The translations under genes and the position numbers were made by a program. The notes under the pieces were generated by a model, which had not been told where the DNA came from, did not search any database, and worked only from the letters and a program-made list of their open reading frames with translations. Source: an uncultured Planctomycetota bacterium (GTDB lineage Bacteria > Planctomycetota > Phycisphaerae > Tepidisphaerales > Tepidisphaeraceae). Taken from it: a stretch of 64,000 nt of DNA. Within the stretch, counting starts at the first letter, position 1, and every line of letters begins with the position of its first letter. This document shows, in pieces, positions 9,987-19,993 of the stretch. Where the stretch lies: NCBI GenBank assembly GCA_963841915.1, contig CAWJEN010000005.1, forward strand, positions 160,001-224,000, written 5' to 3'.

Positions 9987-11804
9987 ATGAGCTACAAAAT
10001 CGCAATGATCGGCGCCGGTAGCGTCGTCTTCAGTCGAAACCTGACCGGTGACCTGCTGCAATACGAAGCGTTCGAAGACGCGACCTTCACCTACATGGAT
10101 ATCGATGCCGACCGCCTCGAGGTCGGGGCGAAGTTGAGCGAGAAGGCGGCGCGGGCCCTTGGGACGCATGCGAAGATCGAACAGACGATGGACCGCCGAG
10201 AGGCGGTGCGAGACGCCGACTTTGTCATCTGCATGGTTCAGATCGGCGGGTTCAACTCGACGCTCGTCGACTTCGAGATCCCGCGGAAGTACGGCCTCAA
10301 CTTCACCATTGCCGACACGACCGGGCCAGGTGGGTTGTTCCGGGCGCTGCGAACGTATCCGCTCATGCGTGACCTTGCCCAAGACATTGCTGAAGTGGCC
10401 AAGCCTGACTGTTGGCTGCTGAACTACAGCAATCCGATGAGCATGAACATGAAGACGCTGCTGCACACGAGCGGCGAGCGGGCGACGGGACGCAACGGCA
10501 TTAACACCGTCGGCCTGTGCCACAGTGTTCAGGGCACGTTCAGGGACCGCATGCGGAACATCGGTGTTGCGCCAGAAGATGCCGTCTTCGAATGCAGCGG
10601 CATCAATCACATGAACTTCTTCTCCAAGCTCCAGCACAAGGACGGTCGCGACCTGTACCCCGACCTGTTCGCCCTCGCCGACGAGCGGGTCAAGAGCGGC
10701 AAGGACAAGGTCCGGTACGAGCTCATGCGGCGATTGGGGTACTGCGTCACCGAGTCGTCGGAACACAACGCCGAGTACTGCGCCGACTTCATTCCGCACG
10801 AGGGTCTTGTTGAGGCATTCGACGTGCCGATCGACGAGTACCTCCGCCGCTGTGACGGGATTGTCGACGAGTTCGAGCGACTGTCCGAGTTCGCACGCAG
10901 CGACGAAAAGATGGACGGCAGCAACATCAAGAAGAGCCACGAGTACGGCAGCGTCATCGCCAACGCCATCGCGTCGAACGAGCCGGCCGTCATTTACGGC
11001 AACATGCTGAACGATGGTGCCATTCCTAATCTACCGGCAACGGCCATTGTGGAGACGCCGACGCTTGTCGACGGAAACGGTTGTCGTCTGACGCGGGTGA
11101 ATCCGCTGCCGTACCAGTTGCTGAACTACATAATGCCGCACGTGTGCCAGCACGAGCTGTTCATTGAGGCGGCGATGGACGGTCGGCGGGACAAGGTCTA
11201 CCAGGCTGCCATTGCCGACCCGCTGACGGCGGCCACGTTGCCGCTCGACAAGATTGTCGAGATGTGCGATGAGCTCATCGCTGCTCACGGTTTTGAAAAG
11301 AACGGCGGCGTCCTTCCAGACCTTGACGCGACGAAGACCCTCATCCCCTCGAGCGGCAAGACCTTTGATCCACCGACGCCTGACGCACTGCGTGCGAGCT
11401 GGGAAGAAGCCAAGAAGGCGACGAGCGACGAGGAAGTGGTCGCCGACTGGAAGACAGCCGATGTTGCCGCAGATGCAGACTGTGTACCCGACACGTCTGC
11501 CGTCGACGCCGCTGAATGGACCGTCGCGACCGCCGGCGACGACGGCCACGTCGACCTCAAGCCGCAGAACGGTTTGGCCGTTGTCGCCGTGGCGGAGCTT
11601 GACAGCGTGCACGATCGTGAGGCACCCATTCGCATCAGCGGAACCCGTCGTCGGCCGGTGAAGGTTTGGGTCAACGGCAGCGAGGTGTTCGACGGCGACG
11701 GCGGCAAGGCCACCGTCAGCCTACACCAAGGCAAAAACGCCATCGTCATCCACTCTAAGCAGGCGACAAGCGTCGGCTTCTACGTGATGAAGCCGAACTT
11801 CTGA
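9987..11804 (+). CDS. melA: GH4 alpha-galactosidase with extra C-terminal domain
   Basis: KIAMIGAGSVVF, DTTGPGG, NYSNP, GLCHSV, GINH, TESSEH GH4 motifs. Confidence 0.85.
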   Translation: MSYKIAMIGAGSVVFSRNLTGDLLQYEAFEDATFTYMDIDADRLEVGAKLSEKAARALGTHAKIEQTMDRREAVRDADFVICMVQIGGFNSTLVDFEIPRKYGLNFTIADTTGPGGLFRALRTYPLMRDLAQDIAEVAKPDCWLLNYSNPMSMNMKTLLHTSGERATGRNGINTVGLCHSVQGTFRDRMRNIGVAPEDAVFECSGINHMNFFSKLQHKDGRDLYPDLFALADERVKSGKDKVRYELMRRLGYCVTESSEHNAEYCADFIPHEGLVEAFDVPIDEYLRRCDGIVDEFERLSEFARSDEKMDGSNIKKSHEYGSVIANAIASNEPAVIYGNMLNDGAIPNLPATAIVETPTLVDGNGCRLTRVNPLPYQLLNYIMPHVCQHELFIEAAMDGRRDKVYQAAIADPLTAATLPLDKIVEMCDELIAAHGFEKNGGVLPDLDATKTLIPSSGKTFDPPTPDALRASWEEAKKATSDEEVVADWKTADVAADADCVPDTSAVDAAEWTVATAGDDGHVDLKPQNGLAVVAVAELDSVHDREAPIRISGTRRRPVKVWVNGSEVFDGDGGKATVSLHQGKNAIVIHSKQATSVGFYVMKPNF

Positions 11805-11831
11805 TCGCGCACTGCGGCGTCTTCACGGGTG

Positions 11832-13898
11832 CTACTTCTTCCGAGGCTTCTGGCTCTTTTGAGCCACCTCGGCTTGTTTTTGCGCCTCGGCCACCCGGGT
11901 TGCGATCGTCTTCTTGAAGCCGTCGAGCTTCTTGGCCAAGCCAGTCTTCGGCTTCTCCACAGGCGTTCGGCCGAGGCGAAGATCTTCGGCGGCCTTGGCC
12001 TCCTCGGCCTCTTCCTCGAGCTTGAGGTTGTGCCGAATGCGGCGGGTCTCGAAGACGCCGATGATCGTGCTGGTCAGGATGTAGAGCACCAGGCCGCTCG
12101 GTGCGCTGTACAGGAATAGCGGGAAGAGCGTCACCATGATGACCTGAATCATCTTCTGCTGCGCCTTCTGCTCGTCGCTCATCGCCTGCGTCGGCTGCGG
12201 TTGCAGCTTCATCTGAATGTAGAAAGCGACGCCCATCAGCAACGGCAGCAAATTCAGGCCACTGATGCCGATGCCGAAGAACAACTCGTACCGCTGGCCG
12301 AAGTCAATGAGGTGGTCGGGCCGGGCGAGGTCGTCGATCCAGGTGTAGCCGTAGAGGAACGGTGCGCCGCGAAGCTCGATAGTTGCTTGCAGGGTCGAGT
12401 AAAGCGCGATCCAGATCGGCGTCTGCAGCATCATCGGCAGGCAACCGAGCAGCAACGCCTGCGTCTGCTCCGGCGCAAGCTCGGCCATCGCCTGGGCCAT
12501 CTTCTGCTTGTCATCGCCGTACTTCTCCTTGGCAGCGGCAATCTTGGGGGCCAGCTTGCTCATGCGGAGCATGTTCCGCTGGGCCCGCTTCGTGATCGGG
12601 TGCAACAGCAGACGCACCAGACACACCAGCGCGATGATCGCCAAGCCCCAGTCCCGCAGGAAGAAGTGGAACGAACCCAGCAAGAAGACGAGCGCGTCCA
12701 CCACCGGCTGGAAGACGCACCACGTGCAGCCGAACGGGCTGACGAGTGTGCTGTCGTACTCGATACCGGCGGCGCTGTAGTAGCCGTTCTCCAGCAACTG
12801 GCGCTTCTTCGGACCCAGGAACACGTAAGCCGGCACGACGATCTGCTCACCGGCGGCGACGGCTTGCTCCTTCGTCTCGAAGCGAAGGCCGACGCGGCGG
12901 TCTTCACCCTTACTATCAGGGTTCAATGCCTCGGCGATTACACGATCGAACTGCTTCGGATCAGCCGGGCGGACGATTGCGTTGAAGTAAATCGTGCCAC
13001 TTCCCGCCCACGCGAGCGGCTGCTCGCTGAAGCGGTAGATGCGAAGAGGATCTTCTTCGTCGAAAGATTCGACCTGCTCAGCCTCGTACTTGACGCGGCC
13101 GCTCTCGCTGAGAGAGCCTCGCAAGATGGTGCGGTCATACCCCGTCTCAAGTTCTCGCGGCGGCGTTGTGGTGCCGTTGAAGATGAGGGCGACCTTGGCG
13201 GAAGCACCCGACAAGTTGTCGATCGTGTGCCGCACCAGCACCTCGTACCCACCGGCGAGATCGTCTTCGCCGTTGGCATCGAGCCTCGGTGCGAGCGAGA
13301 TCCGCTTACGGATTTGTCCCACACGTGTCTCGCCGTCGACGAGGTTGACGTACAGCTCTGCCTGCCGATCGCTCGTGCGGTCGGCGTTGATCTTCCAGGC
13401 AACGTCGCTCAGGTCGAGCTCGCGACCATTAAACAGGACAGACTGCGTCGCCAGCGGTCGCGAGGTGTCTTCATTGTCGGCGTATGGCGTTTCAAACGTG
13501 TAGCTCGCCGGCTCGCCTACCTCGGCTGCGAAGCGATTCAAGCGTACCTCTTCAAAGCCTGCGCCAACGGTGTTGACCTTCACCTGCATCGTGAAGTCGC
13601 CGTCCTTGGCGTCGCTGCCGAGCGTCAGGACCTGCGCCTCGCCACCTTCCACGCGAACGCCTTCGACGGCAACGGGGTCAGCGGCTTGCGTCGTCGCAGT
13701 TAGGCCAGACTGCGTCGTCGGGTTGATCGTCGTCTCGCCGTCGGTGCCAACGTTGGTTTCGACGACCTCTGTCGACTGCTCCTCGCGGATCGTCATGTCC
13801 CAGCCCATGTACGTGGCGAACCACGATGTGCCGAGTTGCCACAGAATAATGAACGCGAGGAACGCGACGACGAGCAGGAGCGTGCGCTTGTTTTCCAT
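11832..13898 (-). CDS. yidC: Membrane protein insertase YidC
   Basis: N-terminal TM, large periplasmic domain, WGLAII..VRLLLHP, GCLPMMLQTPIW, WIDDLARPD, PSGLVLY. Confidence 0.95.
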   Translation of the reverse strand: MENKRTLLLVVAFLAFIILWQLGTSWFATYMGWDMTIREEQSTEVVETNVGTDGETTINPTTQSGLTATTQAADPVAVEGVRVEGGEAQVLTLGSDAKDGDFTMQVKVNTVGAGFEEVRLNRFAAEVGEPASYTFETPYADNEDTSRPLATQSVLFNGRELDLSDVAWKINADRTSDRQAELYVNLVDGETRVGQIRKRISLAPRLDANGEDDLAGGYEVLVRHTIDNLSGASAKVALIFNGTTTPPRELETGYDRTILRGSLSESGRVKYEAEQVESFDEEDPLRIYRFSEQPLAWAGSGTIYFNAIVRPADPKQFDRVIAEALNPDSKGEDRRVGLRFETKEQAVAAGEQIVVPAYVFLGPKKRQLLENGYYSAAGIEYDSTLVSPFGCTWCVFQPVVDALVFLLGSFHFFLRDWGLAIIALVCLVRLLLHPITKRAQRNMLRMSKLAPKIAAAKEKYGDDKQKMAQAMAELAPEQTQALLLGCLPMMLQTPIWIALYSTLQATIELRGAPFLYGYTWIDDLARPDHLIDFGQRYELFFGIGISGLNLLPLLMGVAFYIQMKLQPQPTQAMSDEQKAQQKMIQVIMVTLFPLFLYSAPSGLVLYILTSTIIGVFETRRIRHNLKLEEEAEEAKAAEDLRLGRTPVEKPKTGLAKKLDGFKKTIATRVAEAQKQAEVAQKSQKPRKK

Positions 13899-13987
13899 CG
13901 GAAACGCTTGCAGGATCTGGCCACGCTCGACGCGCGACCTCGGGCGGCACGGTAGGCGATGCCATACGACCGCGTGGCGATGCCGCC

Positions 13988-14899
13988 TTACCGGCCCTCG
14001 AGCAGCCGCTGCCCGAGAAACTCGTCGAGGTCTGCAATCGCGTGGACCTTCTTCTTTGTGGTCTGGATGTCGTACTTAATGCGGACGAACTCGATCCGCG
14101 GCTGCTCACCGGGAGGCGTCGACAGAATGGCAAAACTGCTCCGCGGATCGCGATCACGCGGCTGGCCGACGCTGCCGACGTTGACGATGGCTTTTTCACC
14201 GGCCTCGAAGATGTAGGGCCCGTCCATCTCGGTCGGGCTGAAGAAGTCGGGCTGTTCCGTGAAGACGCCCGGCACGTGCGTGTGGCCGATGAAGCAGATC
14301 GACGCAGCCGAACCGAACGGCAAGGCAGGCGATGCAGCGCTGATGGCTTCGCGACTCGTCGGCGGGTTCGACTGTGGCGTTTCGTCTTTCCCCAATTCGC
14401 CGTTGGTCCCGGCGGCAACCTGTGTCGGCGTGACTCCAAGACGCTCGAACAATGCCGTAAACTTTCCCGGATTCGTGTAGATGTCATCGGGAAAGACGTA
14501 CTCGTTGATCGGTCGACGCGGCGAGGCGTGGACGGCCTGGTAGCGACGCCCTTCCTGCTGAAACTCGCGACGGACCGGCAGGCTCGCTAAAAATTGCCAA
14601 CGGGCGAGCTTGGCTACCGGGTCCGTCTCGGCATCAAGCTGCCGCCTCGTCCAGTAGGCGGCTGATTCGGCACCCGTGTTGAAGTTGTACGGCTCATAAA
14701 GAACCGCAAAGTCGTGATTCCCAAGAATCGTCGCACGGCATCGCTGACGAACAAGATCGAGGCACTCGACCGGGTTGGGCCCGTAACCGATGACGTCGCC
14801 CAAGCACAGCACATCTTGAATGCCCCGCCGATCAATCTCGGCAAAGACGGCCGTCAGCGCTTCCAGGTTGCCGTGAATGTCGCTGAGAATCGCCAGCAT
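13988..14899 (-). CDS. Metallophosphoesterase (calcineurin-like)
   Basis: SDIHGN, GDVIGYG, GNHD, GHTH, GSVGQPRD motifs. Confidence 0.92.
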   Translation of the reverse strand: MLAILSDIHGNLEALTAVFAEIDRRGIQDVLCLGDVIGYGPNPVECLDLVRQRCRATILGNHDFAVLYEPYNFNTGAESAAYWTRRQLDAETDPVAKLARWQFLASLPVRREFQQEGRRYQAVHASPRRPINEYVFPDDIYTNPGKFTALFERLGVTPTQVAAGTNGELGKDETPQSNPPTSREAISAASPALPFGSAASICFIGHTHVPGVFTEQPDFFSPTEMDGPYIFEAGEKAIVNVGSVGQPRDRDPRSSFAILSTPPGEQPRIEFVRIKYDIQTTKKKVHAIADLDEFLGQRLLEGR

Positions 14900-15023
14900 G
14901 AGGATCGTTCAGCCTAAACGTAGGCGGACTTCGTCGCAACGCAGAGCGGCGACACACACAGCGCTTCAACACGAGTTGCTGCCGTTGTGAACTGATGCGT
15001 CTCGCAGGTGCTATCTTCGGGTT

Positions 15024-16361
15024 GTGACACCCTCGGCAGAGACGACATCAAGCCCGATTCGCGTCGCCCTGCTCGGCCACGGCACCGTCGGCAAAGGCGT
15101 TGTGCAGCTGCTGAGCGATCGTGACGGGGATCTGCATCGTCGAACCGGTCAGACTTTCGAAATTGTCGCCGTCGCGGTTCGAGACACTGCCAAGCACCAG
15201 ACATCTGCCCCGTTGACAGACGATGCTAACGGCGCTGCGTGCGATCAACGGGCGGATGTCGTAATCGAACTTATCGGCGGTGTCGAGCGGGCTCGCGACT
15301 TGGTGCTGGCTGCCTTGCGAAGCGGCAAGAGTGTTGTCACAGCCAACAAAGCGCTCGTTGCCGCCCACGGGGCCGAACTGTTTGCTGTTGCTCGTGAACA
15401 TGGCGTTGCTCTTGCATTTGAAGCCGCGTGCGGCGGTGGCATTCCGATTGTCGCTGCGCTCAACGGCGGGCTGCTGGCCGATGAGCACTCGGCCCTCGTC
15501 GGTATCCTGAACGGCACGAGCAATGTGATCCTCAGCGACATGTCGACGGCCGGCCGCTCGTACGCGGACGCTCTTAAAGGTGCTCAAGACGCCGGCTACG
15601 CCGAGGCTGACCCGACGCTCGATGTCGACGGCAGCGATGCTGCCCAGAAGCTTTCAATCCTGGCTGGACTTGCATTCGGTGAGAAGATCGACCCGGCTGC
15701 AGTGCATCGTGAGGGCATTGACACGCTCGACCCGCGCGACGTGAAATACGCCGGCGAACTCGGCTACGCGGTCAAGCTCCTGGCGATCGCAAAGCGGGAC
15801 GATCAGGGTCGCCTGGCTTTAAGCGTCTTCCCCGGCCTCGTCCGACGCGGCGATCCGATGGCCGACGTCGGAGGGCCTTTTAACGCTGTAGCCGTCTATG
15901 GCAAGGCTTTGGGTCGCAGCTTGTTCGTCGGTCGCGGCGCGGGCGGGATGCCGACCGCAGCCGCCGTCGTTGCTGACCTGCTGGCCGTTGCCAGCGGCGC
16001 GTACGGCCGCACCTTCAGCAGCCTCCGCACGCAGTCCGACGTCGCCCGCGCCGCTGACGTGCTCGACTTCGGTCGGACCGAGCATCGGTACTACCTGCGG
16101 CTTGGCGCTGACGACGCACCGGGTGTGCTGGCCGACGTGACCGGAGCGCTCGGCCGAGCCGGCATCAGCCTCACCAGCGTCACCCAGCGCGAGGCAGACG
16201 GCAGCTCTGAGCAAGTGCCCGTCGTTGTCACGACGCACCGTGCGCGAGAATCGAGCCTGCAATCAGCGATGAACGAGATCAACGCGTTGCCCAGCATCCG
16301 CGAGTCGGCGACGCTGCGGATCGCCGACATGCCGCGTGAGCCGCACGAGGCGTCGTCGTGA
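15024..16361 (+). CDS. hom: Homoserine dehydrogenase with ACT domain
   Basis: GHGTVG, VVTANKA, FEAACGGGIP, GILNGT, GYAEADP, GRGAG; C-terminal ACT domain (DAPGVLA). Confidence 0.95.
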   Translation: MTPSAETTSSPIRVALLGHGTVGKGVVQLLSDRDGDLHRRTGQTFEIVAVAVRDTAKHQTSAPLTDDANGAACDQRADVVIELIGGVERARDLVLAALRSGKSVVTANKALVAAHGAELFAVAREHGVALAFEAACGGGIPIVAALNGGLLADEHSALVGILNGTSNVILSDMSTAGRSYADALKGAQDAGYAEADPTLDVDGSDAAQKLSILAGLAFGEKIDPAAVHREGIDTLDPRDVKYAGELGYAVKLLAIAKRDDQGRLALSVFPGLVRRGDPMADVGGPFNAVAVYGKALGRSLFVGRGAGGMPTAAAVVADLLAVASGAYGRTFSSLRTQSDVARAADVLDFGRTEHRYYLRLGADDAPGVLADVTGALGRAGISLTSVTQREADGSSEQVPVVVTTHRARESSLQSAMNEINALPSIRESATLRIADMPREPHEASS

Positions 16362-16708
16362 CGCTGCACGACCGTCTCAACCTCATCGATGGCGAGCAGG
16401 CATGGCGGCTCGAAGTTTGGCAACTGCAGGGCGGCCTACTTCATCAGCGTGTCGACGCTAACGATTACCTCGACGCGCTGCACGCTTCTGCAGCGTCGCT
16501 TCTGCTCGAGATTCAGCCGCTAGATGAAGACGCTGCACTCATCCACCGAGCCGGCTGGCCTTTCAATCTGGTAATTGCCGCGGGCCATCCGCAGGGTCAA
16601 AGAGCAGACGCTCTGCTGCCGACAGGTGCGGGCGACGAGGCAATCCGTGGATTCAGCGATGCATTTTCAGCGGCAGCGGTGGGCTTTGCCGTCGTGCTTC
16701 AAGCCTGA
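16358..16708 (+). CDS. Hypothetical protein
   Basis: GTGA overlap with hom stop; fills the gap before nnrD. Confidence 0.5.
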   Translation: MTLHDRLNLIDGEQAWRLEVWQLQGGLLHQRVDANDYLDALHASAASLLLEIQPLDEDAALIHRAGWPFNLVIAAGHPQGQRADALLPTGAGDEAIRGFSDAFSAAAVGFAVVLQA

Positions 16709-16731
16709 ATGACCATGCCGTACGGTGGATC

Positions 16732-17607
16732 GTGCAGCACGTCACTGACCTACCTGATCCGCCGACAAGGGCCGCCGACGGGCACAAAGGCACCTTCGGC
16801 TCGCTGCTGATCGTCGGTGGATCCGAAACGATGCTCGGCGCACCAATGCTTGCCGCCCGCAGCGCATATCGCGCCGGTTGCGGCTACGTGCGTGTCGCCC
16901 TTCCGGCAAACATGCTGCCGCTGGGGCTCTCGCTGTTGCCCGAGGCGGTCGGCATCAGTCTTGACGGCGACGCAGCCGACGCTGATCGACTGGCCGATGT
17001 GCCCGCAGATGCCGTCGTCATTGGTCCCGGCCTCGGCCAGCGGCCGGGTGGGCACGCGTTGCTCGAGACAGTTCTGGTTCGCGGGCTGCCGACGGTGGTC
17101 GATGCCGACGGCCTGAACTTGCTTGCCGCCCGCGGTTCCTGGCAGCACTTGTCTCAGAATGTCGTGCTAACGCCTCACCCCGGCGAGATGAAGCGACTGC
17201 TCGCGCACGTGCATCAGCATGATGACTTGCCGAGTGACGATGCAGGTCGCCTCGGCGTCGCCGAAGCTGCGGTCAACAGTTTCGGCGGCGTCCTCGTGCT
17301 CAAGGGCAGGCGCTCCATTGTGACCGACGGCGAGCGGTACTTCGTCAACACGACAGGAGACGCGACACTTGCTAAGGCGGGCAGCGGTGATGTCCTGAGC
17401 GGGCTTATCGGGTCGCTGATGGCACAGGGCATGCCGCCGTTCGAGGCGGCGGTGCTGGGTGTGCATCGGCATGGGCTGGCGGGTGAACTCGTCGGTCGCC
17501 GACGCGGGACGCACGGGGGGCTCGCCACCGAAGTGGCCGACGCGGTGGCAGACGTCCTTCTGCACCCGTCGGCCGGAACTTGTCGCGATCAGGCGAATGC
17601 GGAATAG
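16732..17607 (+). CDS. nnrD: ADP-dependent NAD(P)H-hydrate dehydratase
   Basis: HKGTFG, GPGLG, VDADGLN, LTPHPGE, LAKAGSGDVL. Confidence 0.93.
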   Translation: MQHVTDLPDPPTRAADGHKGTFGSLLIVGGSETMLGAPMLAARSAYRAGCGYVRVALPANMLPLGLSLLPEAVGISLDGDAADADRLADVPADAVVIGPGLGQRPGGHALLETVLVRGLPTVVDADGLNLLAARGSWQHLSQNVVLTPHPGEMKRLLAHVHQHDDLPSDDAGRLGVAEAAVNSFGGVLVLKGRRSIVTDGERYFVNTTGDATLAKAGSGDVLSGLIGSLMAQGMPPFEAAVLGVHRHGLAGELVGRRRGTHGGLATEVADAVADVLLHPSAGTCRDQANAE

Positions 17608-17616
17608 GCTCTCGAC

Positions 17617-18630
17617 GTGCAACTTGAAGACGAGCCGGCCAGTGATGCCGCCGGGCCAGGCGAAAGCGCGGTGACGGACAAGGATCTCGAGCTTGGCGAT
17701 GTCGGAGAAGGCTTTGACAAGCTGAAGGAGCTGGCAGATTCTCTGGTCGAGGCGCTGCCCACCATTGCGGTTGGGCTGGGAGTGGTGATCATCTTCATTC
17801 TGCTCGGGTGGGCCATCCGGTGGGCAGTCCGCAAAATCAACTCGGCAAGAGGAAAGCCTTACGCCTTAGCCCTTGCGCTGGGCCGTCTGGCGAGCGGGGT
17901 CACGATCGTGCTCGGCATCCTCATCGCCGCGGTTATCGTCTTTCCGAACTTCACGCCGACCAAGCTGTTCCAGCTCTTCGGATTCGGCAGCGTGGCAATC
18001 GGTTTCGCATTCCGCGACATCCTGCAGAACTACCTCGCCGGCATTCTGTTGCTCGTCACACAGCCGTTCCGTATTGGCGACGCGATCATCTTCGGAGACC
18101 ACGAAGGCGTTGTGCAGGACATCCAGACACGGGCGACCTTCATCCGCACCTACGACGGCCGCCGGGTCGTCATCCCCAACGGCGAGCTGTTCACGAACAG
18201 CGTGACCGTCAACACCGCCTTTGAGACGCGGCGGGTCGAGTACGACATCGGCATCGGCTACGGAGACGACATCGCAGAGGCCAAGACGATTCTGCTTCGT
18301 GTCATGCAGGACGAGCCGCACGTCAATGATCAGCCCGAGCCTGAGGTGCTCGTCGTTGAGCTCGGCGGCGAGGCCGTGCTGCTGCGGGCCCGCTGGTGGA
18401 TTGATCCGCCGCAAAAACGCGATCTGCTCTACAGCCAGGACGCGGTGCTGCAGACGGCAAAAGTCGAACTCACGAAGGCCGGCATTGATCTGCCGTTCCC
18501 GACGCAACAGATCTTGTTCCACGACCAGACCGATGAGTACGACGGTGACCGCAAGAAGCAACGCGAGGGCTGGCCGTCACGAAGCGACGACAACCCGCTA
18601 CCGCGGCCGGGCGTGTACCGAGAGGCTTAA
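17617..18630 (+). CDS. mscS: Small-conductance mechanosensitive channel family protein
   Basis: Three TMs; AIGFAFRDILQNYLAG, PFRIGD, IPN, GIDLPFP. Confidence 0.92.
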   Translation: MQLEDEPASDAAGPGESAVTDKDLELGDVGEGFDKLKELADSLVEALPTIAVGLGVVIIFILLGWAIRWAVRKINSARGKPYALALALGRLASGVTIVLGILIAAVIVFPNFTPTKLFQLFGFGSVAIGFAFRDILQNYLAGILLLVTQPFRIGDAIIFGDHEGVVQDIQTRATFIRTYDGRRVVIPNGELFTNSVTVNTAFETRRVEYDIGIGYGDDIAEAKTILLRVMQDEPHVNDQPEPEVLVVELGGEAVLLRARWWIDPPQKRDLLYSQDAVLQTAKVELTKAGIDLPFPTQQILFHDQTDEYDGDRKKQREGWPSRSDDNPLPRPGVYREA

Positions 18631-19940
18631 GCCGCCGGTTGAGTGCTCGGCTTTGTCGTGGGGGTGCCGACCCCCTGGATGAGCGACAGCGGGTCAAAGT
18701 CGCCCTTGATGACTTTCGTGTGGTCTGCATTCATCCAGTCGCGGAGCAGGCCGTTGTAGACGCGGCGGAAGTCGACCGTGTGCTTCAGGTCGCCCCGATC
18801 AAGATCGCTAAGCGAAGGATGCGGCGACTGGAACCCGCCACGAACCTTCGGGCCGACGACGAACATCGGGCCGGCAGCGCCGTGGTCAGTGCCGTCGTTG
18901 GCATTTTGTTCGACCCGGCGGCCGAACTCGCTGAAGCACATCAGTGTGACCTTGTCAGCGATTCCCTTGGCCTTGAGGTCATCGAAGAATGCTTTGACGT
19001 TGTCACCGACGTTGCGAAGCAGGTTCTCGTGCTGCTGGAGCTGGTTGGCGTGCGTGTCGTAGCCGCCGGTCTCGCAGTAGAAGACGCGGGTGCCGAAGTT
19101 GCCGCTGATGAGCTGTGCGATGAGCTTGAGTTGGCTTCCGAGACCGCCGCCGTAGGAAGCGTCCGCTTTGTACTGGCCGGCTGCCTTGCGGATTTCGTCC
19201 ACACTAACGATTGCGTCGGCCGCCTGCCGAGCAAAGTAGGCCTGCTGCGGATTGTCGTCGTCCTTGGCCAAGTCCTGCAGACTCACCAAAATGTCACGCT
19301 CCAGACCCTTGTCGTAGTCGCTGCCGTTCTGGAAGCTCAGGCCGAAATCATCAAGTGACTGAACGCTCGGCACCGTCACACTGGGCGTCACCAGGGCCAT
19401 GGGCACTTCCCGGCCGATGTTGATGCCGAGCAGCGGGTTATTGGCGATGGATGTCTCACGGGTGCCGCGGACGAGGTGATCGAGATAGTGCCCCACCCAA
19501 CCGGTGCCGTCACCACCGCCCACGTCGCCGGCGTGCCAGATCCCCATCGACTCGAAGTGACTGCGGTTCGGCTTCGGGTAGCCGCAACCTGGCAGCACCG
19601 TCAGGTCGCCCTCGTCCCACAAGTGTTTGAACGACCGCAACCCTGGGTTCAGCGCGTAGCTGTCGTCAAGCTTGTGCAGCCCCTCGCTGAGCTTGATGGT
19701 CGGGCGCGCTTTGTCGTAATCGTCGTTGCCGAGCGGCACGAGCGTATTGAGGCCGTCGTTTCCGCCGGACATCTGGACGACGACGAGAATGTTGTCCTTC
19801 GGCACCGCGGTGCCGGGTGTGTCTCCATCGGCAAAGGCGAACTTTGAAACAACCAGCGGCACGGTGCCGCCGAGGCTGATCGCGGGTAAGGCACCGAGGC
19901 CAACCTTCAAGAAGTCGCGACGTGACGTGGGCTTGTTCAT
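18627..19940 (-). CDS. DUF1501 family protein (Tat-exported)
   Basis: SRRDFLK Tat motif; GGNDGLN, NRSHF, GYDTH, SEFGRR, GTDHG. Confidence 0.9.
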   Translation of the reverse strand: MNKPTSRRDFLKVGLGALPAISLGGTVPLVVSKFAFADGDTPGTAVPKDNILVVVQMSGGNDGLNTLVPLGNDDYDKARPTIKLSEGLHKLDDSYALNPGLRSFKHLWDEGDLTVLPGCGYPKPNRSHFESMGIWHAGDVGGGDGTGWVGHYLDHLVRGTRETSIANNPLLGINIGREVPMALVTPSVTVPSVQSLDDFGLSFQNGSDYDKGLERDILVSLQDLAKDDDNPQQAYFARQAADAIVSVDEIRKAAGQYKADASYGGGLGSQLKLIAQLISGNFGTRVFYCETGGYDTHANQLQQHENLLRNVGDNVKAFFDDLKAKGIADKVTLMCFSEFGRRVEQNANDGTDHGAAGPMFVVGPKVRGGFQSPHPSLSDLDRGDLKHTVDFRRVYNGLLRDWMNADHTKVIKGDFDPLSLIQGVGTPTTKPSTQPAA

Positions 19941-19993
19941 TAGAATCTGTAGACGAGGGTCGGTTGGCGAAGGTCGTGGCGAGATCAGTCTCT

